Source: Bacteroidaceae bacterium (GTDB lineage Bacteria > Bacteroidota > Bacteroidia > Bacteroidales > Bacteroidaceae). Taken from it: a stretch of DNA of 64,000 nt. Shown here piece by piece: positions 36,455 to 46,540 of the stretch. The translations under genes and the position numbers were made by a program. The stretch spans positions 13,004-77,003 of the forward strand of contig JAFZFF010000046.1 in the NCBI GenBank assembly GCA_017556045.1. The letters are read 5' to 3'. The notes under the pieces were generated by a model. It was given only the letters and a program-made list of their open reading frames with translations, searched no databases and was not told the origin of the DNA. How positions within the stretch are numbered: the stretch's first letter is position 1; each line of letters begins with the position of its first letter.

Positions 36455-38266
36455 TTATAGTTCCTCTTCTACCTCAAAAAGTCTGTCTATAGTCTTTGTC
36501 TTCAGCCATGCTGCTTCCTCGGGGGTAAGGTCGGGAAGGAGTGTCTCGTAGACGCTCATGTTATAGCTGTCGATAAACATCTTTTCCTCATCGGTAAGGA
36601 TCTCCTCTACGAGTGGAGTGGTGTCGATATAGGTGCAGGTCAGGGTCATGAATGCCAGCCAATCTCCATATTCGTTCACTTCGTCTTCGTAGCAGAGCAG
36701 CATGTTTTCGTGGCGGATGCCGTAGTATCCCTCGCAGTACATACCTGGCTCACATGATGTCACCATGCCTGGCATGATAGCTTGGTCATAGAGGTTCTGA
36801 CGGAAGTCTTGCGGACCCTCATGTACGCACAGTACGTGACCTACGCCATGGCCAGTGCCGTGTCCGTAGTTGCGGTTATACTTCCATAGCGGCATGCGAG
36901 CCAATACGTCGAGGTTAGCGCCGCGTGTGCCTCTGGGGAATGATGCTAACGATAGTGCTATCATGCCCTGCAATACGCAGGTGTAGTCGGCTGCCTCGTC
37001 CTCTGTGAGGGGACCCAATGGTATGGTGCGGGTGATGTCGGTAGAGCCATCTACGTAGTGAGCGCCCGAGTCTAAGAGATACAGTCCGCGAGGCTCCAGC
37101 ACGCTGCATTGCTCCGGTGTAGCCGAGTAGTGGGGTAGAGCGGCATTTTTTCCATATGCAGAGATGGGTGCAAAGCTCTCGTCGATATAGCCATCCATCT
37201 CTTTGCGTATGCTGATGAGCTTGTTTGCAGCATCTATCTCTGTGATACGCTCGCCACGTTCCATAGCTTGCTCGAGCCAACGGAAGAATCTTGTTTGAGC
37301 CACACCATCCTTGCGATAAGCACTACGGAATCCCTCTATCTCGGTAGCGTTCTTGAGTGCTTTCTCCAGTTTGACGGGTGAGGTCGCGTCCACTACGGCC
37401 TCGCCAAATCTTGCTTGTACTTGCTCGTACAAAGCATAGTTGAGCATACCGCCATCAATATAAATTGGTTTGTCGCAGTTCCACTCAGCGATGCTCTCCA
37501 CGATGCTGCTATAGGGCGCAAGTGATACGCCATCTGCCTCGAGGGCTTTGCGTAGATCTTCGTTAAATTTACCCTCCTCGGCATACAGTACTGCGCTGTC
37601 GCTGCCGACCCACAGATAACTGATTATTACAGGTGTGTGAGCGATGTCACGGCTGCGTATATTGAGCATCCATGCAATCTCGTCGAGACTGCTGAGCAGT
37701 ATTGAGCCACATCCCTTGCTCTCTATAGCTGTGCGTAACCAGTCGAGCTTGTCGGCACGTGAGCGACCTGTGTACTCCACGCCCAACTCGAATGCAGGCG
37801 CATCGGGCAGAGACGGACGGTCACTCCAGAGCGCGTCGATGAGGTCGGGGCAGCTCACCACCTTGATGCCTTTGGGTGCAAACAGACCCTGCATATGACG
37901 TACGGTTGCGAGCGGCATACATAGTCCGTCGAGTGCAACTGTGGTATTGTCATTCAACGTCTCTGCTAACCATTCGGGGTAGTCTACTGCTTCGGGTACG
38001 CGCAGCTTGTGGAGCTCTATGCCTGTGCCTTCGAGCTGTGCTGTGGCTTGTATGAAGTAGCGAGAGTCTGTCCACAGACCAGCATGGTCATGCGTCACTA
38101 CTACCGTGCCATACGAACCGGTAAACCCTGATACAAACTTACGTGCCTGCCATCGTGCGGGCAGATATTCACTACTGTGAGGGTCGGTACCTGAGATGAC
38201 GATAGCATCCCATCCCTGACTCTGCATCATCTGGCGTAGCGCTTTGATATTTTCGTTAGGTGTCAT
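36455..38266 (-). CDS. Xaa-Pro aminopeptidase (M24B, aminopeptidase P family)
   Basis: HGTGHGVGHVLCVHEGP metal-ligand motif. Start set at MTPNENIKALR. A TATATTTG box lies at about 38290. Confidence 0.85.
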   Translation of the reverse strand: MTPNENIKALRQMMQSQGWDAIVISGTDPHSSEYLPARWQARKFVSGFTGSYGTVVVTHDHAGLWTDSRYFIQATAQLEGTGIELHKLRVPEAVDYPEWLAETLNDNTTVALDGLCMPLATVRHMQGLFAPKGIKVVSCPDLIDALWSDRPSLPDAPAFELGVEYTGRSRADKLDWLRTAIESKGCGSILLSSLDEIAWMLNIRSRDIAHTPVIISYLWVGSDSAVLYAEEGKFNEDLRKALEADGVSLAPYSSIVESIAEWNCDKPIYIDGGMLNYALYEQVQARFGEAVVDATSPVKLEKALKNATEIEGFRSAYRKDGVAQTRFFRWLEQAMERGERITEIDAANKLISIRKEMDGYIDESFAPISAYGKNAALPHYSATPEQCSVLEPRGLYLLDSGAHYVDGSTDITRTIPLGPLTEDEAADYTCVLQGMIALSLASFPRGTRGANLDVLARMPLWKYNRNYGHGTGHGVGHVLCVHEGPQDFRQNLYDQAIMPGMVTSCEPGMYCEGYYGIRHENMLLCYEDEVNEYGDWLAFMTLTCTYIDTTPLVEEILTDEEKMFIDSYNMSVYETLLPDLTPEEAAWLKTKTIDRLFEVEEEL

Positions 38267-38344
38267 ATTGGATAAAACTTTAGTCCTTGCAAATATAATT
38301 CTTTTAAATGGTATCGACAACTGTCCGGTGTGTTTTTTAGAGAA

Positions 38345-39505
38345 TCACAGGCTCAGGTGGCTGAGAGTTCCCGTCAGTGCAGCCAGTACGATGCCATAGT
38401 TGGTGATGGGTACACCTTGCTGGCGGGCGCGTTCGATGCGGCTTAGTACGTGCTTGCGGTTAAACATGCAGGCACCGCAGTGGATGACCAGGTCGTATGG
38501 GGTGAGTTCCTCGGGATAGTCATTGCCGCTGACAATGTCGATGTGTAGTGTCTCGCCAAAGCGCTTGCGCAAGAGGCGAGGGAGTTTCACTCGGCCTATG
38601 TCTTCGTGTTGTGGCGTGTGGGTACAAGCCTCTGCGATGAGTATGCGCGATGAGGCTGTCAAGGTGTTCAGCGCCTTGGCTCCCTCGGTGAAGAGGTGTA
38701 TGTCGCCCTTGTAGCGTGCGAAGAGTATGGAGAATGAGGTGAGCGCCGATGCCTCGGGCTTCAGTTTATATACCTCTGCGAAGGCTTGCGAGTCGGTGAT
38801 GATAAGCCGCGGAGGTGTTGCCAATGCCTCCAGTGCTTGGGGCATACGGTCGGGGGTGCAACAGATGGGAGTACATCCACGATCTAAGAGTTCGCGTATG
38901 GTCTGTACCTGAGGTTGTATGAGTCGTCCCTTAGGTGCAGACTTGTCTTGAGGCATCACGAGGAGTACGCAGTCACCCGCCTGGCAAAGGCCTTCGGTGA
39001 TGAGTCGCTCTTCTGTAGGGCGCAGGGCTACGATTCTCTGCATCAGGAGGTCTATACCTTCGCCTGTGAGTGCACTGATGGCTATGACCTCTCTTCCCAA
39101 TTGCTTGCTGAGCGTAGCTTGTAGGCTGGGGTAGTCAGCGATGCGGTCGATGTGTGCCAAAGCCACCAATACGGGTATCTCCCTCACGCGACACTCCTCT
39201 ATCAAGGTTCTCTCTGCGTTACACTCTTCATCCGTCAGTAGTATCACGGCGATGTCGGTCTTGTCGAGCACTTTGCCGATGCGTGCCACGCGCTCATTGC
39301 CGAGCAGGGTGTCGTCGTCAATACCAGGAGTGTCGATGATGATAGCTGCTCCCAGTCCGTTTATCTCTATGGCCTTCTGTACGGGGTCTGTCGTGGTGCC
39401 ACGTGTGTCAGAGACGATAGACGTGTCTTGCCCCGTAATACGGTTGACAAGGGTAGACTTGCCTGCATTGCAGCGGCCGAGTATGGCGATATGTGTGCGT
39501 TCCAT
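38345..39505 (-). CDS. hydF: [FeFe]-hydrogenase maturation GTPase HydF
   Basis: GRCNAGKST G1 motif and the C-terminal CTH...HCGAC FeS-binding pattern. Confidence 0.85.
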   Translation of the reverse strand: MERTHIAILGRCNAGKSTLVNRITGQDTSIVSDTRGTTTDPVQKAIEINGLGAAIIIDTPGIDDDTLLGNERVARIGKVLDKTDIAVILLTDEECNAERTLIEECRVREIPVLVALAHIDRIADYPSLQATLSKQLGREVIAISALTGEGIDLLMQRIVALRPTEERLITEGLCQAGDCVLLVMPQDKSAPKGRLIQPQVQTIRELLDRGCTPICCTPDRMPQALEALATPPRLIITDSQAFAEVYKLKPEASALTSFSILFARYKGDIHLFTEGAKALNTLTASSRILIAEACTHTPQHEDIGRVKLPRLLRKRFGETLHIDIVSGNDYPEELTPYDLVIHCGACMFNRKHVLSRIERARQQGVPITNYGIVLAALTGTLSHLSL

Positions 39506-39552
39506 TGTGTTAGTGGATTATTGTTTTATTATAGGCCCTTTTCAGGTTCTTT

Positions 39553-39601
39553 GATTCTCCTCCTAAGGTAGGAGGAGTACCCTCGCAGAGGGGGAGGTGG
39601 T
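39553..39601. repeat. Partial copy of the internal module of the 26.3-kb MITE-like element
   Basis: GATTCTCCTCCTAAGGTAGGAGGAGTACCCTCGCAGAGGGGGAGGTGGTA matches 26311..26359 with 3 mismatches. No TIRs are present. Confidence 0.7.
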
Positions 39602-39628
39602 ATATAATTATCTACATGGCTGGGGGCT

Positions 39629-41065
39629 TTAAAATCTAAAATCCCTCTTTCCCTCTACTATCTCTTGCAGTCGGCGGTGAGTGATCTCGCGTATCTTGTC
39701 CGAGGGGATCTCCTTCGTCAGTCGCTCTATCATCTCAGTGCCTGCGGCTTTCACCTCGGGCGAAGCATAGTCTTCGAGGTATTCGGCAAGGGTCATTAGT
39801 GCATTCGGAGCACAGCAGTTGCCTATCTGTCCGCTCTTGGCGAGTGACATGAATCGGTCTCCCGTGCGGCCTTCGCGGTAACATGCCGTGCAGAAGCTGG
39901 GAATATAGCCCAGTTCCAAGAGCCAGCCCACGATCTCATCCAATGTGCGATTGTCTGAGATGTCAAATTGTGCGGACTCTTCGGCATCTTCCGTGCCTTC
40001 GGCATAGCCACCCACACTCGTCTTCGATCCTCCACTGAGTTGCGATACACCCACATCGAGCACCAGTTCGCGCGAACGCTTTGACTCGCGTGTCGACACT
40101 ATCATACCCGTGTAGGGTACTGCCAAGCGCAGCACTGCTACGATACGGCGAAATACCTCGTCTGTCACTGCATCGGGGAAATCCTCTGGGTTGATATCAT
40201 CGGCAGGGCGTATGCGTGGCACACTGATCGTGTGTGGACCTACGCCGAAGCGAGCCTCCAGGTGTTCGGCATGCATGAGCATTCCCACTACGTCGTAGCG
40301 ATAGTTCGAGAGACCGAATAGTGCGCCTATACCCACATCATCGATACCTCCCAGCATGGCGCGGTCCATCGCCTCGGTGTGGTATGCCCAGTCGCTCTTA
40401 GGTCCCGTAGGGTGTAGTCGCTCATAAGCAGCACGGTCATATGTCTCCTCAAAGAGTATGTAGGTGCCTATGCCAGCCTCCTTCAGTCGGCGATAGTTCT
40501 CCACCGTAGTGGCTGCTATGTTCACGTTCACTCGGCGTATCGCCCCATTCTTATGGCGTATGGAGTAGATCGTCTGGATAGACTCCAATACATATTCTAT
40601 AGGACTCATCTTGGGGTGTTCGCCTGTCTCCAAGGCCAAGCGCTTGTGTCCCATGTCCTGCAGAGCGATAACCTCTCGGCGTATCTCCTCCTGTGTCAGT
40701 CGGCGACGCGGTATATGCTTGTTTTTCGCATGATAGGGGCAATATACGCAGCCATTCACGCAGTGGTTCGAGAGGTACAGAGGAGCAAACATCACGATGC
40801 GGTTGCCATAGATACGCTCCTTGAGTCGGCGAGCGATGGCATACATACGTTCCTCTATCTCCTTGTCGCGCACCTCTATGAGTACCGCCGCTTCGCGGTG
40901 CGAGATACCCTTGCCCTTTTCGGCCTTGTCGAGTATCTCCTCTATCAACGGTTTGTCGTCACGGTGCTCCCGAGCATACTCCAGCGTAGCACGTATCTCG
41001 CCATCGTGGATAAACTCCTCGGCACGTTCCGACTTTACATTATACATTATATCATCGTGTTGCAT
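39629..41065 (-). CDS. hydG: [FeFe]-hydrogenase maturase HydG (radical SAM, ThiH-like)
   Basis: CVNGCVYCPY radical-SAM cluster motif, a C-terminal CTAC...C cluster, about 478 aa, adjacent to hydF. Confidence 0.85.
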   Translation of the reverse strand: MQHDDIMYNVKSERAEEFIHDGEIRATLEYAREHRDDKPLIEEILDKAEKGKGISHREAAVLIEVRDKEIEERMYAIARRLKERIYGNRIVMFAPLYLSNHCVNGCVYCPYHAKNKHIPRRRLTQEEIRREVIALQDMGHKRLALETGEHPKMSPIEYVLESIQTIYSIRHKNGAIRRVNVNIAATTVENYRRLKEAGIGTYILFEETYDRAAYERLHPTGPKSDWAYHTEAMDRAMLGGIDDVGIGALFGLSNYRYDVVGMLMHAEHLEARFGVGPHTISVPRIRPADDINPEDFPDAVTDEVFRRIVAVLRLAVPYTGMIVSTRESKRSRELVLDVGVSQLSGGSKTSVGGYAEGTEDAEESAQFDISDNRTLDEIVGWLLELGYIPSFCTACYREGRTGDRFMSLAKSGQIGNCCAPNALMTLAEYLEDYASPEVKAAGTEMIERLTKEIPSDKIREITHRRLQEIVEGKRDFRF

Positions 41066-41260
41066 CTGTCACTTCCTAGCGTAGTGTATTATTCATCGGT
41101 AAAGATACATGTTTTCTTCGAATCTCACAAGCATGCGCTATGTTCTTTTATTGCATGTCTCAGAAGTTGTTTGGATATACGTCAATAGTGCAAACATTCC
41201 TTCATTGGGATTGTTAAAGATAGGCAAACTTATCTGTTCATATCTAAAAATGCTTTTACA

Positions 41261-42736
41261 ATGGAAAAGAATCGATTGACCTCTGCCAACGGACGTCCTG
41301 TGGCCGATAACCAAAACTCACAGACAGCCGGGCAGCGCGGCCCTATCTTGTTGCAAGACCCTTGGCTGATAGAGAAACTTGCTCACTTCGACCGCGAGGT
41401 GATTCCTGAACGCCGCATGCATGCCAAGGGGGCGGGCGCTTACGGAACCTTCACCGTGACGCACGACATCACGCAGTATACCCGTGCAGCCATCTTCAGC
41501 GAGGTGGGCAAGCAGACCGAGTGTTTCGTGCGCTTCTCCACCGTGGCTGGCGAGCGCGGTGCAGCCGATGCCGAACGTGATATCCGTGGCTTTGCCATGA
41601 AGTTCTACACCGAGGAGGGAAACTGGGATCTCGTGGGTAACAATACTCCAGTATTCTTCTTGCGCGACCCGCTGAAGTTCCCCGACCTCAATCATGCCAT
41701 CAAGCGCGACCCACGCACAGGTATGCGCAGCGCATCAAATAACTGGGACTTTTGGACACTGCTCCCCGAGGCGCTACATCAAGTGACCATTACCATGAGT
41801 CCGCGCGGCATCCCTCTCTCATACCGCCACATGCATGGCTTCGGCAGTCATACGTACAGTTTCTATAATAAGGACAACAAGCGCACTTGGGTGAAGTTTC
41901 ACCTGCGTACCCTGCAAGGCATCAAGTGCCTTACAGATGAGGAGGCTGAAGCCATTATTGCCAAGGATCGTGAGTCACATCAGCGCGACCTCTACGAAAG
42001 CATCGAGCGCGGCGACTATCCCCGCTGGCTCTTCCAGGTACAGCTGATGACTGAGGAGCAAGCCATGAACTACTACATCAACCCCTTCGACCTTACAAAG
42101 GTGTGGCCTCACGGCGACTTCCCCTTGCACGATGTCGGTATCTTGGAGCTCAACCGCAACCCTGAGAACTACTTTGCCGAGGTAGAGCAGGCAGCCTTCA
42201 ATCCCATCAATGTGGTAGAGGGCATAGGCTTCTCGCCCGATAAGATGCTACAGGGTCGTCTCTTCTCCTATGGCGATGCACAGCGCTATCGCTTGGGTGT
42301 CAATCTGGAGCAGATACCTGTTAACCGTCCGCGCTGCCCCTTCCACGCTTATCATCGCGACGGTGCCATGCGTGTCGATGGAAACTATGGCTCTACCAAA
42401 GGCTATGAGCCCAACAGTTGGGGCGAATGGAAGGAGTCGCCTCACACCAAAGAGCCTCCGCTCGCTCTACATGGAGATGCCTACAACTACAACGAGTGGA
42501 ATTACGATGAAGACTATTACACCCAGCCGGGCGACCTCTTCCGTCTCATGCCACCCGAGGAGCAGGAACTCCTCTTTGCCAATACAGCTCGTGCCATGGG
42601 AGATGCTGAGCTCTTCATCAAGCAGCGCCACGTACGCAACTGCTACCGTGCCGACCCCCGCTATGGCGAAGGCGTTGCCCGAGCACTCGGCATCAGCTTA
42701 GAGGAGGCGATGAAGGAGAGTGATGAAGACGAATGA
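41261..42736 (+). CDS. katA: Catalase (monofunctional, small-subunit clade)
   Basis: [20 protein letters not shown] and [14 protein letters not shown] motifs. Confidence 0.93.
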   Translation: MEKNRLTSANGRPVADNQNSQTAGQRGPILLQDPWLIEKLAHFDREVIPERRMHAKGAGAYGTFTVTHDITQYTRAAIFSEVGKQTECFVRFSTVAGERGAADAERDIRGFAMKFYTEEGNWDLVGNNTPVFFLRDPLKFPDLNHAIKRDPRTGMRSASNNWDFWTLLPEALHQVTITMSPRGIPLSYRHMHGFGSHTYSFYNKDNKRTWVKFHLRTLQGIKCLTDEEAEAIIAKDRESHQRDLYESIERGDYPRWLFQVQLMTEEQAMNYYINPFDLTKVWPHGDFPLHDVGILELNRNPENYFAEVEQAAFNPINVVEGIGFSPDKMLQGRLFSYGDAQRYRLGVNLEQIPVNRPRCPFHAYHRDGAMRVDGNYGSTKGYEPNSWGEWKESPHTKEPPLALHGDAYNYNEWNYDEDYYTQPGDLFRLMPPEEQELLFANTARAMGDAELFIKQRHVRNCYRADPRYGEGVARALGISLEEAMKESDEDE

Positions 42737-42760
42737 TAAGTAATACTTTTATATAAAATC

Positions 42761-42803
42761 GCATGAGGGTACATTGTCGTATACCCTCATGCGTCTCTTT
42801 TTT
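42761..42803 (+). terminator. Terminator of the catalase gene
   Basis: GCATGAGGGTA...TACCCTCATGC stem followed by GTCTCTTTTTT. Confidence 0.7.
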
Positions 42804-42850
42804 CAGAAGACTTAATCGATATTTGAGAGCGGAAAAAACGAGACGTGCGT

Positions 42851-43066
42851 AAATCCTGTACAGTTTTTTTGTAGCATATTTATAGGAAAATCCTAAGGTT
42901 TGCTTACACGGCGCAGAAGTTGTAAGTATCGACTTTTCCGCTCGCGAAGCAAAGTGTCACCACTTCCTCACTTTGCGCTTACTTCCTGCATTTTCCTAAT
43001 CGCCCATGGCTGCGTTCTTTTCGTTCGCCTTGGGGATTGGGCGGATTGAGGGCAAGGATGAGGTTG
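42851..43066 (+). repeat. Intergenic repeat block X, uninterrupted copy
   Basis: The head (AAATCCTGTACA...TTGCTTACACG...CGCTTACTTCCTGCATTTTCCTA) matches 44609..44753. The tail (GCCCATGGCTGCGTTCTTTTCG...GCAAGGATGAGG) matches 45071..45132. Confidence 0.7.
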
Positions 43067-43084
43067 TATACTACGGTATTTTTA

Positions 43085-43140
43085 TCTTTTACATGAAATT
43101 AAAGACAAAAAGTTGTTGATATAGATAAGTTGTAGTACCT
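43085..43140 (+). repeat. Direct repeat flanking cysK, left copy
   Basis: ATCTTTTACATGAAATTAAAGACAAAAAGTTGTTGATATAGATAAGTTGTAGTACCT versus 44209..44265 shows a few substitutions. Confidence 0.75.
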
Positions 43141-43273
43141 TCGCTATTAGATATAAAAGAACTCATCACCAGCAACTGAATAACTTCATCACGATAAACA
43201 AATGCATTTTCTCTATCGTTTATTCGGTAATCAGTATTTTAGCAACCCCTCGGACATTTATAGCATATCCAGT

Positions 43274-44179
43274 ATGATAAGAGATAATATTTTAGAGACT
43301 ATCGGCAACACTCCCATGGTTCGCATAAACAAGTTGTGCTCCAACCCATCAGTGAACATCTTTGCAAAGTTGGAGGGATTCAACCCCACAGGTAGCATCA
43401 AGGACCGTATTGCCCTGCGTATGGTGGAGAGCGCCGAGCGCGAGGGGCAGCTTCGCAAAGGACACACCCTCATAGAGCCCACCTCAGGGAATACGGGCAT
43501 AGGACTTGCCATTGCAGGTATCGTGAAAGGCTATCCCATAGAGATTGTCATGAGCAGTGCCGTGTCTGTTGAGCGACGCAAAATCCTTCGCTCGTATGGA
43601 GCCAAGGTTATCTTGACACCAGCCGAAGAGGGCACCGACGGCGCTATCCGCTTGGCCAGAAAGATGGTAGAAGAGAATCCCGACAAGTATTTCATGCCCG
43701 ACCAGTTTGCCAATGCTGCCAACTATCAGGCACATTATGAGAAGACCGCCATAGAAATATGGCAACAGACCGACGGACAGATTGACTATCTGGTATGTGC
43801 TGTAGGTACATCGGGCACACTTATGGGTGTATCGCGCTTCCTGCGAGCGATGAAACCAGACATTAAGGTCGTATGTGCCCATCCCATAAAGGGGCATTAC
43901 ATCCAAGGACTGAAGAATATGGAAGAAGCCATCGTGCCACAAATATACAATCCAGCTCTGATAGATACGCAGGAGATGATAGAGAGTGAAGAGGCCATAG
44001 AGATGGCGCGGGAGATCATCGCCAAGGAGGGCATCTTTGCCGGCATGAGCAGCGGAGCTGCAATGCTAGCCGCCCTACGCACAGCGGAAAAGATTGAGCG
44101 GGGAAATATCGTCGTAGTGTTTCCTGACCGAGCCGAAAAATACCTGAGCACCAAGATGTTTGAGCCATTCGACGACTGA
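43274..44179 (+). CDS. cysK: Cysteine synthase (PLP-dependent, CysK/CysM family)
   Basis: Start set at MIRDNILETIGNTPMV. KLEGFNPTGSIKDR (PLP lysine) and TSGNTG motifs. Confidence 0.88.
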   Translation: MIRDNILETIGNTPMVRINKLCSNPSVNIFAKLEGFNPTGSIKDRIALRMVESAEREGQLRKGHTLIEPTSGNTGIGLAIAGIVKGYPIEIVMSSAVSVERRKILRSYGAKVILTPAEEGTDGAIRLARKMVEENPDKYFMPDQFANAANYQAHYEKTAIEIWQQTDGQIDYLVCAVGTSGTLMGVSRFLRAMKPDIKVVCAHPIKGHYIQGLKNMEEAIVPQIYNPALIDTQEMIESEEAIEMAREIIAKEGIFAGMSSGAAMLAALRTAEKIERGNIVVVFPDRAEKYLSTKMFEPFDD

Positions 44180-44208
44180 CCGTGAATGGAACTGCATTCT
44201 ATATTTTT

Positions 44209-44265
44209 CATCTTTTATAGAAATTAAAGACGAAAAGTTGTTGGTATTGAGAAGTTGTAGAACCT
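44209..44265 (+). repeat. Direct repeat flanking cysK, right copy
   Basis: See 43085..43140. Confidence 0.75.
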
Positions 44266-44753
44266 GAGACTGTACGGCAAAGTTCTCATAAACGAGCGAA
44301 ATACACAAAGCTTATTTTGAAATAATTCACAGCAAGTGCAGAGTATCTAGGACTATGAAGAACTCTGACATGTACTTATTGTAATTGAATGCACTCCAGA
44401 AAGTGCATTTTAATTGCAAAAATGCACTAAAAAAAAGTGCACAACGCTTGTTCTATATAAAGGAAGTAGTATTTTGTAGCGAAAAACGGGACTGTTGTGA
44501 ACTTGATTAATCAGAGTAGCCTTTAGGGTGCTGGCTTGCTAACCGCAAATTTGCGACTTGTTTTCCGCAAATTCTACTTTTTTGTGCCATAATCTACCAA
44601 ACGCAAGGAAATCCTGTACAAAAAAATGTGGCATATTGATAGGTGAATGCCATGTTTTGCTTACACGCCTAAGAAATTGGAAGTACGCATTTGTAAACTC
44701 AAAAGCTTATTATCTCAAAAACTCACGTTTCGCTTACTTCTTGCATTTTCCTA

Positions 44754-45070
44754 GAGAGCCTGTTTGGGTTTTATTTCGAGTTTAGTTGCCGACGCGGTAT
44801 GAAAGCGTCGGTTGCGACGACTGCCGGTTTATCGGCACAAAGGAGTTCTCTATTTGGACACCCAGGATTGTCTTATACACATAGAATAGTGGCCTATTAT
44901 TTCAAATGAGGATAGGCTGTACTCGCCGGCCATTGCAAGCAAGCTTACATGCGCTCGTTGGCACTATCCTTTGCAAAAAACGAGAGGAGAAAGATGCCGA
45001 AAACAACTGCAAATAAACGGAAAAGTAAGTTCTACAACAAATAACGTTAAAATCCAAACAGTCTCTCTCT
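44754..45070. mobile_element. About 317-bp non-coding insertion splitting repeat block X (filled site)
   Basis: X head ends at ...CATTTTCCTA (44753) and X tail resumes at GCCCGTGGCT (45071). In the uninterrupted copy the two are 3 nt apart. The insert ends are GAGAG.../...CTCTCTCT, and it carries the 44789..44845 REP-like hairpin. Confidence 0.55.
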
Positions 45071-45275
45071 GCCCGTGGCTCGTTCTTTTCGTCTGGCTTG
45101 GAGTTTGGGTGGGAATAAAGCAAGGATGAGGGATTAGCGACAAAGTCGCAGATTATAACAGGTGCAAACTTGCACTTACGGAAATATTATTATCTTTGCA
45201 GTAAACAGCGAAGATATACTGCGCTCGCTTTGAAAAATATCTAAGCAAGCTTGATATTTCTCGCTCGTTTGTTAC

Positions 45276-45283
45276 TATCTTTG
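45276..45283 (+). promoter_or_regulatory. -7 promoter box (TATCTTTG) for the RhuM-Fic gene
   Basis: Consensus TAnnTTTG lies 22 nt upstream of ATG 45305. Confidence 0.5.
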
Positions 45284-45304
45284 CATATCTTTAATGTGCG
45301 AGGT

Positions 45305-46273
45305 ATGACAAACGAGATTATCATATACCAAACCGAAGACGGACAAACACAGATTGATGTCCGTATGGAGAATGAGACTGTGTGGCTAAGTGCCAGCCAA
45401 ATGGCGAGTTTGTTCGACAGAGAAGAGTCAAATATCCGTCGACATATTATCAATGTCTTTAATGAGGGCGAACTTGAACGAACGAATAACGTGCAAAATT
45501 TACACGTTAATGGCGTAAAGAAACCAGTCCCTTTCTATACGCTCGATGTCATTATCTCCGTAGGCTATCGCGTGAAGAGTCAGCGCGGCGTACAATTCCG
45601 CCAATGGGCCAACCGCGTACTGAAGCAATATCTCGTCAAGGGCTATGCCGTGAATGAGCGTCGTGTGCTGGAGCACTACACCGAACTACGCCAGTTGGTG
45701 CAGATATTGGGTCGCACGATAAGCAGTCAGGAGCAGTTGAGCAAGCAAGAGAACCAAGACCTGCTCGATGTGGTGGTAGACTATACCTATGCCCTCGACA
45801 CACTCGACAATTACGACTACGAGCGCCTCACCATAGACCGCACCACAAGCGAAGAACCCTTCCGTGCCACTTACGAAGGTGCCATGAAGGAGATTGACCG
45901 CTTACGCGAGAAGTTTGGCGGTAGTCGATGGTTTGGCAACGAGAAGGACGACTCCTTCAAGAGTAGTATCGGGCAGATATACCAAACTTTCGGTGGAGAG
46001 GAGCTATACCCTTCGGTAGAGGAAAAAGCAGCTATGTTGCTCTATCTCGTTACCAAAAACCACTCGTTTAGTGATGGCAACAAACGCATCGCTGCAACTC
46101 TTTTCCTCTGGTTCCTCAACGGCAACCGCATCCTCTACCGCCCTGACGGCACCAAGCGCCTTGCCGATAATACCCTCGTGGCTCTCACTCTCATGATTGC
46201 TGAGAGTAAGACTGAGGAGAAAGATGTGATGGTGAAGGTGGTGGTGAACTTGATTAACCAAAGAAATGAATAA
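45305..46273 (+). CDS. RhuM-family N-terminal domain fused to a Fic/Doc domain
   Basis: IIIYQTEDGQTQIDVRMENETVWLSASQMASLF is RhuM-like. HSFSDGNKRIAA matches the Fic/Doc motif HxFxDGNKR. Confidence 0.8.
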   Translation: MTNEIIIYQTEDGQTQIDVRMENETVWLSASQMASLFDREESNIRRHIINVFNEGELERTNNVQNLHVNGVKKPVPFYTLDVIISVGYRVKSQRGVQFRQWANRVLKQYLVKGYAVNERRVLEHYTELRQLVQILGRTISSQEQLSKQENQDLLDVVVDYTYALDTLDNYDYERLTIDRTTSEEPFRATYEGAMKEIDRLREKFGGSRWFGNEKDDSFKSSIGQIYQTFGGEELYPSVEEKAAMLLYLVTKNHSFSDGNKRIAATLFLWFLNGNRILYRPDGTKRLADNTLVALTLMIAESKTEEKDVMVKVVVNLINQRNE

Positions 46274-46540
46274 GGGCTGTTAAGGTCATAAAAGCACAGA
46301 AGGCTTTCGAAGTACGCCTACGCCTATTCTTCGAAAACCTTCTGTGGATTTTGCTGTTATCGGGTCACAGACCCTGAAACTCAAATACAGCGGATAGGGT
46401 ATATCCGCCGTGACGGAAAGCACATCACGACAAAATTGAAATGCAGACCACTCAATGAGTACCAAGTGTACTTGACATAAAATAAGCGGACTCCCCCTTG
46501 ACGAGAGCGTCCGCTTATTATAGATCATTGTTTATAAGTA

